A stretch of DNA of 24,721 nucleotides from a virus (lineage: Duplodnaviria; Caudoviricetes): positions 1-24,721 of the IMG/VR virus record IMGVR_UViG_3300032247_000062. One strand, written 5' to 3'. Of this stretch, positions 16,674-24,447 are shown one piece after another (the stretch's first letter is position 1; every line of letters begins with the position of its first letter). Under the pieces are notes generated by a model. The model worked only from the letters and a program-made list of their open reading frames with translations. It had not been told where the DNA came from and searched no databases. The translations under genes were made by a program, and so were the position numbers.

Positions 16674-17100
16674 CGCCGTGCATCCTTATGTACTCATCTC
16701 GAAGGAACGTCACTTTTTTGCGACCATCGTGTCGCTTGACAACACCTAAAGCTGGCGGGTTATTCAGATACTCAGCCGCGCGTAGGATCAAATCGGGGTC
16801 ATCATCAAAGATACCTAGCGCCGTGTTACAGCGTTTGCACAGAACTCCCCGAACGTCATCCGAATCGTGGCAGTGATCTACTGCAAACTTGTACTGCTTG
16901 AGCTTGAGAGACTGTTGACAAACAGCACAATTATACCCCTGAAGTTTCAAGAGTAGTTCAAAATCTGTTGGGGACAGCCCAAAACGAGAAAGCCGATTTA
17001 CATCGGCTTTGCATCCGCTACAAAGAAAGTAGTCCTTGCGACCGTGAATGATCAGGTCTTCTCTGGCAAACTCGCCAGCACATACAGCGCAAGAAGGCAT
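16660..17100 (-). CDS. Endonuclease VII-family (His-Me finger) nuclease, possibly a free-standing homing endonuclease
   Basis: FGLS..DFELLLKLQGYNCAVC...VDHCHDSDDVRGVLCKRCNTALG...D.DLILRAAEYL, plus an extra N-terminal CxxC...CxxC zinc finger. Confidence 0.9.
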   Translation of the reverse strand: MPSCAVCAGEFAREDLIIHGRKDYFLCSGCKADVNRLSRFGLSPTDFELLLKLQGYNCAVCQQSLKLKQYKFAVDHCHDSDDVRGVLCKRCNTALGIFDDDPDLILRAAEYLNNPPALGVVKRHDGRKKVTFLRDEYIRMHGDGDS

Positions 17101-17106
17101 TTGAAT

Positions 17107-17129
17107 ACCCCGGCGGGTCGCACCGGGGC
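17107..17129 (-). promoter_or_regulatory. GC-rich RNA hairpin covering the putative RBS of the endonuclease gene
   Basis: Minus strand reads G-CCCCGG-UG-CGACC-CG-CCGGGG-U then AUUCAA AUG. The GGGG lies 7 nt upstream of the start codon, within the stem. Confidence 0.6.
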
Positions 17130-17135
17130 CTGACC

Positions 17136-17375
17136 TTAGTTGTCAGTCTGTTCGTCGTCTTCTTCAGCTTCTTCAGCTTCTTCAGCGTCGTCTTCTTCAG
17201 CAACTGCGTTGGCAGCAACTTCAAACTGGGCTTCGATGTGTGAAGAGAAGAGGCTGCTCAGCGTGAATTCGTTGATACCGCTTTCAACAGCAACAGAAAA
17301 AGCAACAGAGAAGAGAGCGTTCAGCGCATCAATCGGCTCCGAGCCGTCAATCGCATCAATGATCAAGTCTTTCAT
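17136..17375 (-). CDS. Highly acidic small protein (79 aa), unknown function
   Basis: GGAGA RBS 5 nt before ATG. 23 D/E versus one K and no R. C-terminal EEDDAEEAEEAEEDDE tail. Confidence 0.85.
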   Translation of the reverse strand: MKDLIIDAIDGSEPIDALNALFSVAFSVAVESGINEFTLSSLFSSHIEAQFEVAANAVAEEDDAEEAEEAEEDDEQTDN

Positions 17376-17391
17376 GGGAATCTCCGGGGTT

Positions 17392-17436
17392 GATGGGCGG
17401 GTGCCCGTCGCTAGTTTATATTGCCTGTAAGACAGG
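17392..17436 (-). promoter_or_regulatory. Possible internal promoter/operator with hairpin upstream of the acidic ORF
   Basis: Largest intergenic gap in the window. TATAAACT (-10-like) at 17420-17413, palindrome CCTGT-N3-ACAGG at 17424-17436, and an imperfect inverted repeat at 17392-17409. No convincing -35. Confidence 0.35.
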
Positions 17437-17440
17437 GAAG

Positions 17441-17752
17441 TTACTTCCTCGCCATGCGGTCTTCGATTATGCTGATGTGTTTCTGATTCTCGTGAATCAT
17501 GTCGCGGTTGTGCTGGATTTCTTTTTCCATGTCTTGCCGCAGCTTTTCTCGCGCCAGTTCAGCCCCAGAGTTTGCAGCTTGTTTGTTGTCTGATGTGACT
17601 ACAAGGCTAATCTTGGCGTTGAGTACCGTCACATCATGGCTGAGTTTATCCAGCGACGACATCAGATAGACGACACAAGTAAAAAGAATTGGGAGAACCG
17701 CAAATGCCGTTTTCTCAATCAGTTGGCTCTTAGCTTCCAGTTTCTCGGTCAC
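17441..17752 (-). CDS. Membrane-anchored coiled-coil protein (103 aa), possible lysis accessory
   Basis: GTG start overlapping the upstream TGA. TM segment TAFAVLPILFTCVVYLM followed by a heptad-rich tail. Confidence 0.75.
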   Translation of the reverse strand: MTEKLEAKSQLIEKTAFAVLPILFTCVVYLMSSLDKLSHDVTVLNAKISLVVTSDNKQAANSGAELAREKLRQDMEKEIQHNRDMIHENQKHISIIEDRMARK

Positions 17753-17931
17753 TTTTTCAAACCTTTAAGCGTTTCCGCTAGCCGCGCACGCTGACCTAGT
17801 TTGCCCGGAGCCTTCGCTGCCTTGGCTAATTTCTTTTCTGGGATTGGCTTTCCGGGTTTGGCCCCAAGTTCAGCACGAAGCGAACCCTTCGTCTTGGGGT
17901 TGAGCGCCTTTTGAATCCATTTCTCAGCCAT
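17749..17931 (-). CDS. Small basic protein (60 aa), possible nucleic-acid binding
   Basis: 14 K and 3 R versus 4 E. AGGA RBS upstream; coupled to the next gene. Confidence 0.8.
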   Translation of the reverse strand: MAEKWIQKALNPKTKGSLRAELGAKPGKPIPEKKLAKAAKAPGKLGQRARLAETLKGLKK

Positions 17932-17939
17932 GATTGTTC

Positions 17940-19304
17940 CTACAGGGTAGTGACGGAAGATGTTAGGGTAGATGTTGCGCTGGTAAGAGTGGAAGTTGCG
18001 GCGGTAAGCGAGGAAACAGCACTAGTTAAAGAAGACACTGCATCGGTAAGGGTAGAAGTCGCAGCGGTAAGGGAAGAAGCTGCGTAAGTAAAAGAATACC
18101 CACCGACCGAATAAGTATTTGTTAGTGACCCATCTGCGGGAAGTTTTGCAAACAAAAAGTCATTATTGCCGCTTACGGTTGAATACCCACAAACATAAAT
18201 ATTGCCAGAAACATCCGAAGCAATAGAATACCCTACATTAAAACCAGAACTGCTTAAACTTCTTTGCCATTGAATTGTTCCAGAAGTGTTGTACTTTGCT
18301 ATTTGAAGATTAGCGCCGTTTGTCCCAAGACCATAAACATTACCGGAAGAGTCTACGGCTACGGAATTGCCATAAGCACCTGAGCCGCTCCCTATAATTC
18401 GTTGCCACTGGATAGTGCCAGAAGTATTGTATTTTGCTATTAGAATGTTATTGCCGGAAGCACCACAAACATAAACATTCCCAGAAGAATCTACTGCAAC
18501 TGAACGTCCATTTTGTCCGTCGATGCTACCTAAACTACGTTGCCATTGAATTGTTCCAGAAGTATTGTACTTTGCTATTACAAGATTATAAACGCCGGGA
18601 ACGCCGGTAGCGGCATCTGAAAACCCACAAAAATAAACATTACCGGAAGAGTCCGTTGCAACTGCCCAACCAATATCACTATAAGTAGAGTCGGCTATAA
18701 TTCTTTGCCATTGAATAGCGCCAGACGTGTTGTACTTTGCTATGAACATAGCCTCAGTTCCGGTTGCGTCTCCATAGCCACCAACATAAACATTACCGGA
18801 AGAGTCTACGGCTACGGACCAACCATATTTAACTGAACCGTCACCTAAACGCCGTTGCCACTGGATAGTGCCAGAAGTATCATACTTGGCTATTTGAAAT
18901 TGGTAGGTGCCAGTAGCTGTATTTGACACACCGCAAACGTAAATATTACCGGAAGAATCTACAGTTACAGAATTTCCTTGGTTGGTGTTACCGCCGCCTA
19001 AACTTTTCTGCCATTGAATAATTCCAGAAGAATTGTATTTAACTAATATAATATCTGTTGTTCCAGTTACGCTTGAAAATCCGCAAACATAAACATTGCC
19101 TGAAGAATCTACGGCTACGGCGTTGCCCAAATCACTAGTAGAACTTCTTAACAGACCAATCCAAAACGGACCCGGTTGACTAGGCCAAGTCCCAGCCTTG
19201 ATGTACTGGGTTGCCTGTTCTAGCGTCCACACGCCAGAGGCAGCGGAGGTCGTTGGGGCAACTGGGGATTTAGTGACAAACCCACCGGGGTAGCGTTTAG
19301 ACAT
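17940..19304 (-). CDS. Seven-bladed beta-propeller (SBBP-like repeats) virion protein, putative receptor-binding
   Basis: Seven AVDSSGNVYVCG-type repeats with IAKYNTSGTIQWQR. N-terminal GVWTL...WP anchor. C-terminal 7-aa Ser/Thr repeats. Confidence 0.85.
   Translation of the reverse strand: MSKRYPGGFVTKSPVAPTTSAASGVWTLEQATQYIKAGTWPSQPGPFWIGLLRSSTSDLGNAVAVDSSGNVYVCGFSSVTGTTDIILVKYNSSGIIQWQKSLGGGNTNQGNSVTVDSSGNIYVCGVSNTATGTYQFQIAKYDTSGTIQWQRRLGDGSVKYGWSVAVDSSGNVYVGGYGDATGTEAMFIAKYNTSGAIQWQRIIADSTYSDIGWAVATDSSGNVYFCGFSDAATGVPGVYNLVIAKYNTSGTIQWQRSLGSIDGQNGRSVAVDSSGNVYVCGASGNNILIAKYNTSGTIQWQRIIGSGSGAYGNSVAVDSSGNVYGLGTNGANLQIAKYNTSGTIQWQRSLSSSGFNVGYSIASDVSGNIYVCGYSTVSGNNDFLFAKLPADGSLTNTYSVGGYSFTYAASSLTAATSTLTDAVSSLTSAVSSLTAATSTLTSATSTLTSSVTTL
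17943..18083 (-). repeat. C-terminal 7-aa Ser/Thr repeats
   Basis: AASSLTA ATSTLTD AVSSLTS AVSSLTA ATSTLTS ATSTLTS SVTTL. Confidence 0.85.
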
Positions 19305-19590
19305 TGGTTATCCGGCCAAACGGTTTGAGTGGGTCAAACGGCTTGTTTGCCTGTTCAATCTCTTCTGGGGTAGCGTCACGCACTGCCCATTGGCGCTCCC
19401 AAATCCCGTTGTTTTGCGTAGGAAACTGCTCTTCAATTCTTTGAAACTTTGAAATTTCAGGCTCTGGCGTGTCTTGCACATGCACATATGTCTCTGGGCA
19501 AACAAAAACATCCCCAATGTCTGGGTGTTCCAAGCGTATATCCCCTTGATGGCGGGGATACTCCATTGTGGCTAATTTAATGTAGTTCAT
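19297..19590 (-). CDS. Small protein (97 aa), possible fibre assembly chaperone
   Basis: Overlaps both propeller genes. Carries a P...GIWERQWAVRDATPEEI motif reminiscent of small genes that follow fibre genes. Confidence 0.65.
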   Translation of the reverse strand: MNYIKLATMEYPRHQGDIRLEHPDIGDVFVCPETYVHVQDTPEPEISKFQRIEEQFPTQNNGIWERQWAVRDATPEEIEQANKPFDPLKPFGRITNV

Positions 19591-21239
19591 AAAGCTGCCT
19601 TAGCAAGACTGGCACCGGATGCCGCAGTACTGGGTGAATTACTTTGAACTGTACGGGAAGTGTCTGTCAGTGAATTAGAAGCGGAAGAAAACGTGTTTGA
19701 ATTTGCTGTGTTTGATGCGGAACTAGCACCGTATGTAAACGTGCCTCCATTAAATGTATACGAACCAGAGCCAGACCCGTCAGTTGGAAACAAAGCTGCA
19801 AACAAAAAGTAAGATGGAGTTGCGCTTGAATTGTAAACTCCAAAATTTACACAAACACCATCAGTCACATTTGCGGAAATTGCAGGACTTGGACCAGAAA
19901 TTTGATATGTAGACGGCATACTAATATTCCTTTGCCATTGAATGGTTCCAGAAGAATTGTATTTTACAAGCAACATTGTGTAACTATTAATGTTGTCTCT
20001 CTTAAGTACATACGCATTTTCGCTACTATCAATTGCCACAGCAGTAGTTGCATATCCCCCCGATAATTGTTGACCCCACTGTAATGCGCCAGATGAATCT
20101 GTTTTTATAATCAAACCGTTGCCGGTACTGCTTTGACCAGAAATATATAAATTGCCGGTTGAAGGGCTAACCACTATACAGTTAAACACAGTGTTTGCGG
20201 GAAATTGAATTTGAGAATTTATGGAGCCATCGTTTGAATTAAGCATCACAAGCGTACCAAACCTTTGATACGAACTGTCTTGATGACTGCAAACACCATA
20301 AATTAAACTGCCATATTGAACCAAATTTCCCGATAAGTATCCGTCAACGCCCGAACCAAATTGTTTTTGCCATTGAATTGCACCAGATGAATTAAATTTG
20401 GCAAGCACATAGCGAGAGTTGGTGTAACCGTATGTTGAATAGGGTGTATTGCTACCAGCAATGTATATATTTTCTGAAGAATCCGTTGTTATGCCGGTTA
20501 CGTCATAAGTTAAAGACGGTGTATTAATAGACCAAATAATTGAACCGCTACTATTAAATTTTATAACCCAAGAACTGCCAGCGCTGCCATTATTATAATA
20601 ACCCCCCGCATATATATTTCCCGAAGACGCAACGGTAACAGAATCAAAATATACAGTGACTCCGGTCACTGTTTGCAACGTGCTTATACCCAACGAACCT
20701 GCGGTGGTAATGTTAAATAAAGCGCCCCCAATAGATGTATCCCCCCCAACAAAATACATATTAGATGTGTTTGTTGCAACTGGTTGAGCAAAAACTTGAG
20801 CTGAATACAGATTATCAGACGCAAGTTTAATTACACCCATAAAATATGGGCTAACAGGCGTCACACTTCCGCTTGTTCCTGCCGTACCATAACCCGCAGC
20901 GTTTAGTGCCTGAACTGCAATGGTGTAGCTTGTTCCATTTGTCAGCCCAGTTACAGTTAATGGCGAAGATGCTCCGGTCGTTGTAAAACTACCGGGTGTT
21001 GATGTGGCTTTATACCCAGTAATACCCGCAGGGTAGCCAGTATATGAAGGCGCAACAAAAGTTACCGTGGCAGATAAATTTCCCGGCACAGCGTTAACAC
21101 TAGTTGGCGCATTTGGACTTGTCGGCCATACCCCGCCTCCAGTTGCTTGCATCTGCTGGGTAAGCGTCCAAACTCCATACGATGTAGTGGTTGCAGGCGC
21201 AGTGGCCGATATGACCCCGCCTTTGTAGCGCATAGACAT
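19587..21239 (-). CDS. Fibronectin type III plus beta-propeller virion protein (550 aa), putative receptor-binding
   Basis: FN3: PNAPTSVNAVPGNLSATVTFVAP...ITGYKAT...LTVTGLTNGTSYTIAVQALNAAGYG. Followed by diverged DSSENIYIAG / KFNSSGAIQWQK blades. Confidence 0.85.
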   Translation of the reverse strand: MSMRYKGGVISATAPATTTSYGVWTLTQQMQATGGGVWPTSPNAPTSVNAVPGNLSATVTFVAPSYTGYPAGITGYKATSTPGSFTTTGASSPLTVTGLTNGTSYTIAVQALNAAGYGTAGTSGSVTPVSPYFMGVIKLASDNLYSAQVFAQPVATNTSNMYFVGGDTSIGGALFNITTAGSLGISTLQTVTGVTVYFDSVTVASSGNIYAGGYYNNGSAGSSWVIKFNSSGSIIWSINTPSLTYDVTGITTDSSENIYIAGSNTPYSTYGYTNSRYVLAKFNSSGAIQWQKQFGSGVDGYLSGNLVQYGSLIYGVCSHQDSSYQRFGTLVMLNSNDGSINSQIQFPANTVFNCIVVSPSTGNLYISGQSSTGNGLIIKTDSSGALQWGQQLSGGYATTAVAIDSSENAYVLKRDNINSYTMLLVKYNSSGTIQWQRNISMPSTYQISGPSPAISANVTDGVCVNFGVYNSSATPSYFLFAALFPTDGSGSGSYTFNGGTFTYGASSASNTANSNTFSSASNSLTDTSRTVQSNSPSTAASGASLAKAAL

Positions 21240-21240
21240 T

Positions 21241-21636
21241 TTATGAAATCACTTCATAACTAATACTATAAGTAATTCCGCTTGCGGTGCCGGAAGTCAC
21301 GGTGATTGATGTGCCTTCTTGCAGATACACCTGAGTAGTTTTGTCCACTACAATCAGCGCAGCGTTTGCCGGGACCGAAATGGTTGAAGCGATTGGGTAC
21401 GCCGTACCGCTTGAAGGTGCAGAGCCTTGAGCGACCGCGCCGTTGGTATAAATACTTACCGTGGCGTTTACAGCAGATGAGCCGTTGACGTTGGTAGCAA
21501 CAATCTGGTTAATCTTGAAGACCTGCCCAGATGATGCTGCGTTGGGAAGCAACACAACCGCCGACGTTCCAGACGGTGTGTAGTAAGTGGTGGTGCCGGT
21601 TGCCGTCGTCGCGGCAAGTAAGTTTGGATTTGCCAT
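21241..21636 (-). CDS. Beta-rich virion protein (131 aa)
   Basis: AAGGA RBS, coupled to neighbours. Ser/Thr/Val-rich, consistent with a beta sandwich. Confidence 0.75.
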   Translation of the reverse strand: MANPNLLAATTATGTTTYYTPSGTSAVVLLPNAASSGQVFKINQIVATNVNGSSAVNATVSIYTNGAVAQGSAPSSGTAYPIASTISVPANAALIVVDKTTQVYLQEGTSITVTSGTASGITYSISYEVIS

Positions 21637-21645
21637 GACGGTTCC

Positions 21646-22380
21646 TTAAATTGCGCCGAAGACTAGAGAAATCATTGTGGCCTTGGCTTGGGATACGCCA
21701 GACGATGCTGCCGTTGAAGACACCCAAGTAGTACCGTTAGACGTTAGTACGTTACCATTAGCGCCGGGAGCTACAGCTTGAACTGCGGCTGTACCATTTC
21801 CAAGCAACACGTTATTTGCAGTTAGCGTAGCCGCTCCAGTACCGCCAGATGCCACACCGATTGGGTTGGTTGCAGTAAACGTATTGGCAGTCAGCGTCGT
21901 GCCGTTGAAGGTCAGGTTTGCAGACCCCGCCAAATTGCCAGAACTGTTGTACTGAACTTGTGTGTTAGACCCACCAGCCGAAGCGCCTACCCGAACAAAG
22001 TCCGAACCGTTCCAAGCCACAAGCGCTTTGTCACTTGTAGCAATCGTTACCCCAGTCGTTGGACCAGCACCTCGGATAGTGACCGTGTACGTCGCTGACG
22101 TATTAATAACAACGTAGGTCTTACTTGCTGCCGGGGCAGTAATCGTAATATTGGCTGATGCCGGGCTGCACAGCAGCACCATGTACTGAGATGACGTAGA
22201 CCCTAGGCTTGAACCTGTAGTCTTGGTAAGCGTAGTATCAGCAGTAATTGTTTGCGTGCCCGCAACCGCCGCATCAATATAGTTAGAGATGTAGTTGTTG
22301 ACTGTATCGCCCCAAGTACCCGACAACTCCCCTGTAGCAGGGAGCGCAAGCCCCAGAAGCGTAGTGTATGAAGTTGCCAT
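21646..22380 (-). CDS. Tail fibre-like protein (244 aa)
   Basis: N-terminal LGLALPATGELSGTWGDTVN, and fibre-type motifs GGSNTQVQYNSSGNLAGSANLTFNG and VLLGNGT...GANGNVLTSNGTTW. Confidence 0.75.
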   Translation of the reverse strand: MATSYTTLLGLALPATGELSGTWGDTVNNYISNYIDAAVAGTQTITADTTLTKTTGSSLGSTSSQYMVLLCSPASANITITAPAASKTYVVINTSATYTVTIRGAGPTTGVTIATSDKALVAWNGSDFVRVGASAGGSNTQVQYNSSGNLAGSANLTFNGTTLTANTFTATNPIGVASGGTGAATLTANNVLLGNGTAAVQAVAPGANGNVLTSNGTTWVSSTAASSGVSQAKATMISLVFGAI

Positions 22381-22388
22381 GTCTATCC

Positions 22389-22679
22389 TTAGATCGAAAT
22401 TATGGGGGTCCAGTTCGGGGTCTGGCTAGTAACAATCTTTGTCCAATATGCGTAGCCTGCCGTACCACTCGCCCCCGCCGCATTATTTCCCGTTAGCGCA
22501 ACAGATATTTTAACGCCTAAGTTACCCGTTCTGCCAGCCGCAGATGCGCCCGTAATGCTCTTAGCTCTGCCTGTTCTTAGCGTGCCGGTATTGCCAGAAG
22601 CAACAGAACCGGACACGGTTTGCGCAAGCGTTCCGCCCCATCCATTACTGCCCCAAGTACCTTCGCTCCAGCCGGACAC
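22389..22679 (-). CDS. Small virion protein (96 aa) with Trp-Gly N-terminal motif and three ~20-aa repeats
   Basis: GTG start with GAGGTG RBS. GWSEGTWGSNGWGG, then VSGSVASGNTGTL / ITGASAAGRTGNL / LTGNNAAGASGTA. Confidence 0.75.
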   Translation of the reverse strand: MSGWSEGTWGSNGWGGTLAQTVSGSVASGNTGTLRTGRAKSITGASAAGRTGNLGVKISVALTGNNAAGASGTAGYAYWTKIVTSQTPNWTPIISI

Positions 22680-22687
22680 AAATCACC

Positions 22688-23164
22688 TCAAGTGGTTGAG
22701 AGACGAACAAGGGCGGTAGTCGTGCTGTTAGTGGGCATCGTCAATGAGAAATCACCTGCGGCGACAACTTGTGCAGTAAATGTGTATACCGCCACAGCTT
22801 TATTGCTCTGCGTCGAATTGTAAATCAGCACGCTATCAAAAGACGTACTTAATGTTACGTTTGAATACACGATAGACGCTGATGGGGTCCAGTACGCTAC
22901 ACCGGCTGTAGCGGAACTGTTTGTGGCATTCGGAATGTTGCCGTTTGTGACCGTTACGCCGCCAGCCGTATAGTTAGTGCCGTTGACTTCGTTCGTTGCG
23001 CTATACGCAGCGGTATTAGCATTCACCGTCGCTGTAGTGATATACAGCGCGGCTTTAAAAGTATCAGCGGCAGAAGACGCACGAATAGGCGATGACCCAA
23101 AATTATGGGTCGCAGTCATCAATTCCCCGAGGAACGATGTGCAGAGGGATTGTGTATTTGCCAT
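22688..23164 (-). CDS. Virion structural protein (158 aa), paralog of 23359-23796
   Basis: FKAALY...YSATNEV.GTNYTAGG...LIYN motifs shared with the 145-aa gene. Confidence 0.8.
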   Translation of the reverse strand: MANTQSLCTSFLGELMTATHNFGSSPIRASSAADTFKAALYITTATVNANTAAYSATNEVNGTNYTAGGVTVTNGNIPNATNSSATAGVAYWTPSASIVYSNVTLSTSFDSVLIYNSTQSNKAVAVYTFTAQVVAAGDFSLTMPTNSTTTALVRLSTT

Positions 23165-23167
23165 GTC

Positions 23168-23359
23168 TTATCCTATTTCTGCCGCCTCAAGCTGTGTAAA
23201 CAGCGATTTTTTTAGTACGACATGGGCAGAACGATGAACCAACTCGTCATCAAGCCAGTACTCAACCCATGTCGTGAATTCGTTATCATTGTCTATTGAG
23301 CCTTCTTTTTTAACTAGAAGCGCGTCGTCCATTTTACCGTGAATTGTGTTGACTAGCAT
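23168..23359 (-). CDS. Hypothetical protein (63 aa)
   Basis: TAATG-coupled start; fills the gap between the paralogs. TWVEYWLDDELVHRSAHV. Confidence 0.75.
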   Translation of the reverse strand: MLVNTIHGKMDDALLVKKEGSIDNDNEFTTWVEYWLDDELVHRSAHVVLKKSLFTQLEAAEIG

Positions 23360-23796
23360 TACACGATCCTGATGATTGCTGATGTGTTAGTTACTGCCGG
23401 GAACTGTACAGTGAACGTGGTCGTCGATGTCTTATCTGCACCAAAGTCCAAAACACAAACCGCTGGATTAGTTAGCCCATCAGCCAGATAAATCAACGCC
23501 CCCCGCGCAGTAACCGCAGTAGTCCAGACGGCGTTATCAAATGACCAGTACGCAGTCGTGCCTGTATTACCAATAGTAGGTACTTGGCTGATAACAAGTG
23601 TCTGACCGCCAGCGGTATATCCCGAAGCAACAACTTCTCCGGTAGTGGTGTATCCCGTAGTGGTTGCATCTAACGTAGCCGCGTTGGTGTACAGCGCAAT
23701 CTTGAAGACCTGCGTCGTGCCCGTGTTAAAGTTGAACGTACCACTTGGCAATCCAGTTTTGAACGTGTTGGTTGCCCAATTTCCAGCAAAAGCCAA
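23359..23796 (-). CDS. Virion structural protein (145 aa), TTG start
   Basis: AAGGTG RBS then TAA-TTG. FKIALY...YTTTGEVVASGYTAGG...GALIY...AVCVLDFG. Confidence 0.8.
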   Translation of the reverse strand: MAFAGNWATNTFKTGLPSGTFNFNTGTTQVFKIALYTNAATLDATTTGYTTTGEVVASGYTAGGQTLVISQVPTIGNTGTTAYWSFDNAVWTTAVTARGALIYLADGLTNPAVCVLDFGADKTSTTTFTVQFPAVTNTSAIIRIV

Positions 23797-24447
23797 TTAG
23801 GTCACCTTAATCTTAACCTGACCATCACGATAGGCATCACCTCTTTCGAGGCCGTCGCCCAGACGTTTAGCCAGACCCAACGCTTCTTTGTACTTGCCGT
23901 CGTACAGCGCCATCATGTCGGTTTCGCCTTTCATATATGTGTAGGCTTCAACAAGCGTTCCGTACAACAGCACCGTGTCAAAATTATCGCCCAGCCAGCT
24001 AGTTCCCGCAGTAATAATCGACGGTGGATAAAAGAAGTAATGCAACTCCATCGTGTACACAGCGTCTGGAGTTGGCCCAAGGATGAACGTCAGTTCATCT
24101 GCATTACTTGATTGCGGACCAAACAGCGCGTAGTACTTTGGTAGCGCCGTATCTGTCGGGTTTGGATACGCTTCGCGGATGAAGTTAACGTCTTTGTTCA
24201 GCAGGTAAGAGTAGTTGCCAGACGCATCTATTGCGGCCAATGAGTACGAAGACAGAAAATCTGATGGGCAAAACAGATACTTGTTAGCAGGGCTAGTCTG
24301 GCCAGTCACGTTCTTGCGTAGCGACGGGAACTGAATCGTGTTGTAAATGCGTTGTTCCGCCTGCTCAATGAACGTATTCATATCCGCGGTCGGGAACGTG
24401 TTCTCCGTATAGTCAGAGACCGCAGTTACAAGTTGCGTGTAATTCAC
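23797..24447 (-). CDS. Head-tail adaptor-like protein (216 aa)
   Basis: MNYTQLVTAVSDY...FIEQAEQRIY...LGPTPDAVYTMELHYF...LLYGTLVEAYTYMKG. Helical ends with a central beta region, typical of podophage adaptor proteins (inference). Confidence 0.7.
   Translation of the reverse strand: MNYTQLVTAVSDYTENTFPTADMNTFIEQAEQRIYNTIQFPSLRKNVTGQTSPANKYLFCPSDFLSSYSLAAIDASGNYSYLLNKDVNFIREAYPNPTDTALPKYYALFGPQSSNADELTFILGPTPDAVYTMELHYFFYPPSIITAGTSWLGDNFDTVLLYGTLVEAYTYMKGETDMMALYDGKYKEALGLAKRLGDGLERGDAYRDGQVKIKVT

Noticed and set aside
17107-17129. Rho-independent terminator
   Set aside because: No U-tract follows the stem on either strand; kept only as a possible RBS-occluding hairpin.
17940-21239. Diversity-generating retroelement target/template pair
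   Set aside because: No reverse transcriptase or non-coding template repeat in the window, and the repeats are in-frame blades rather than a TR/VR pair.
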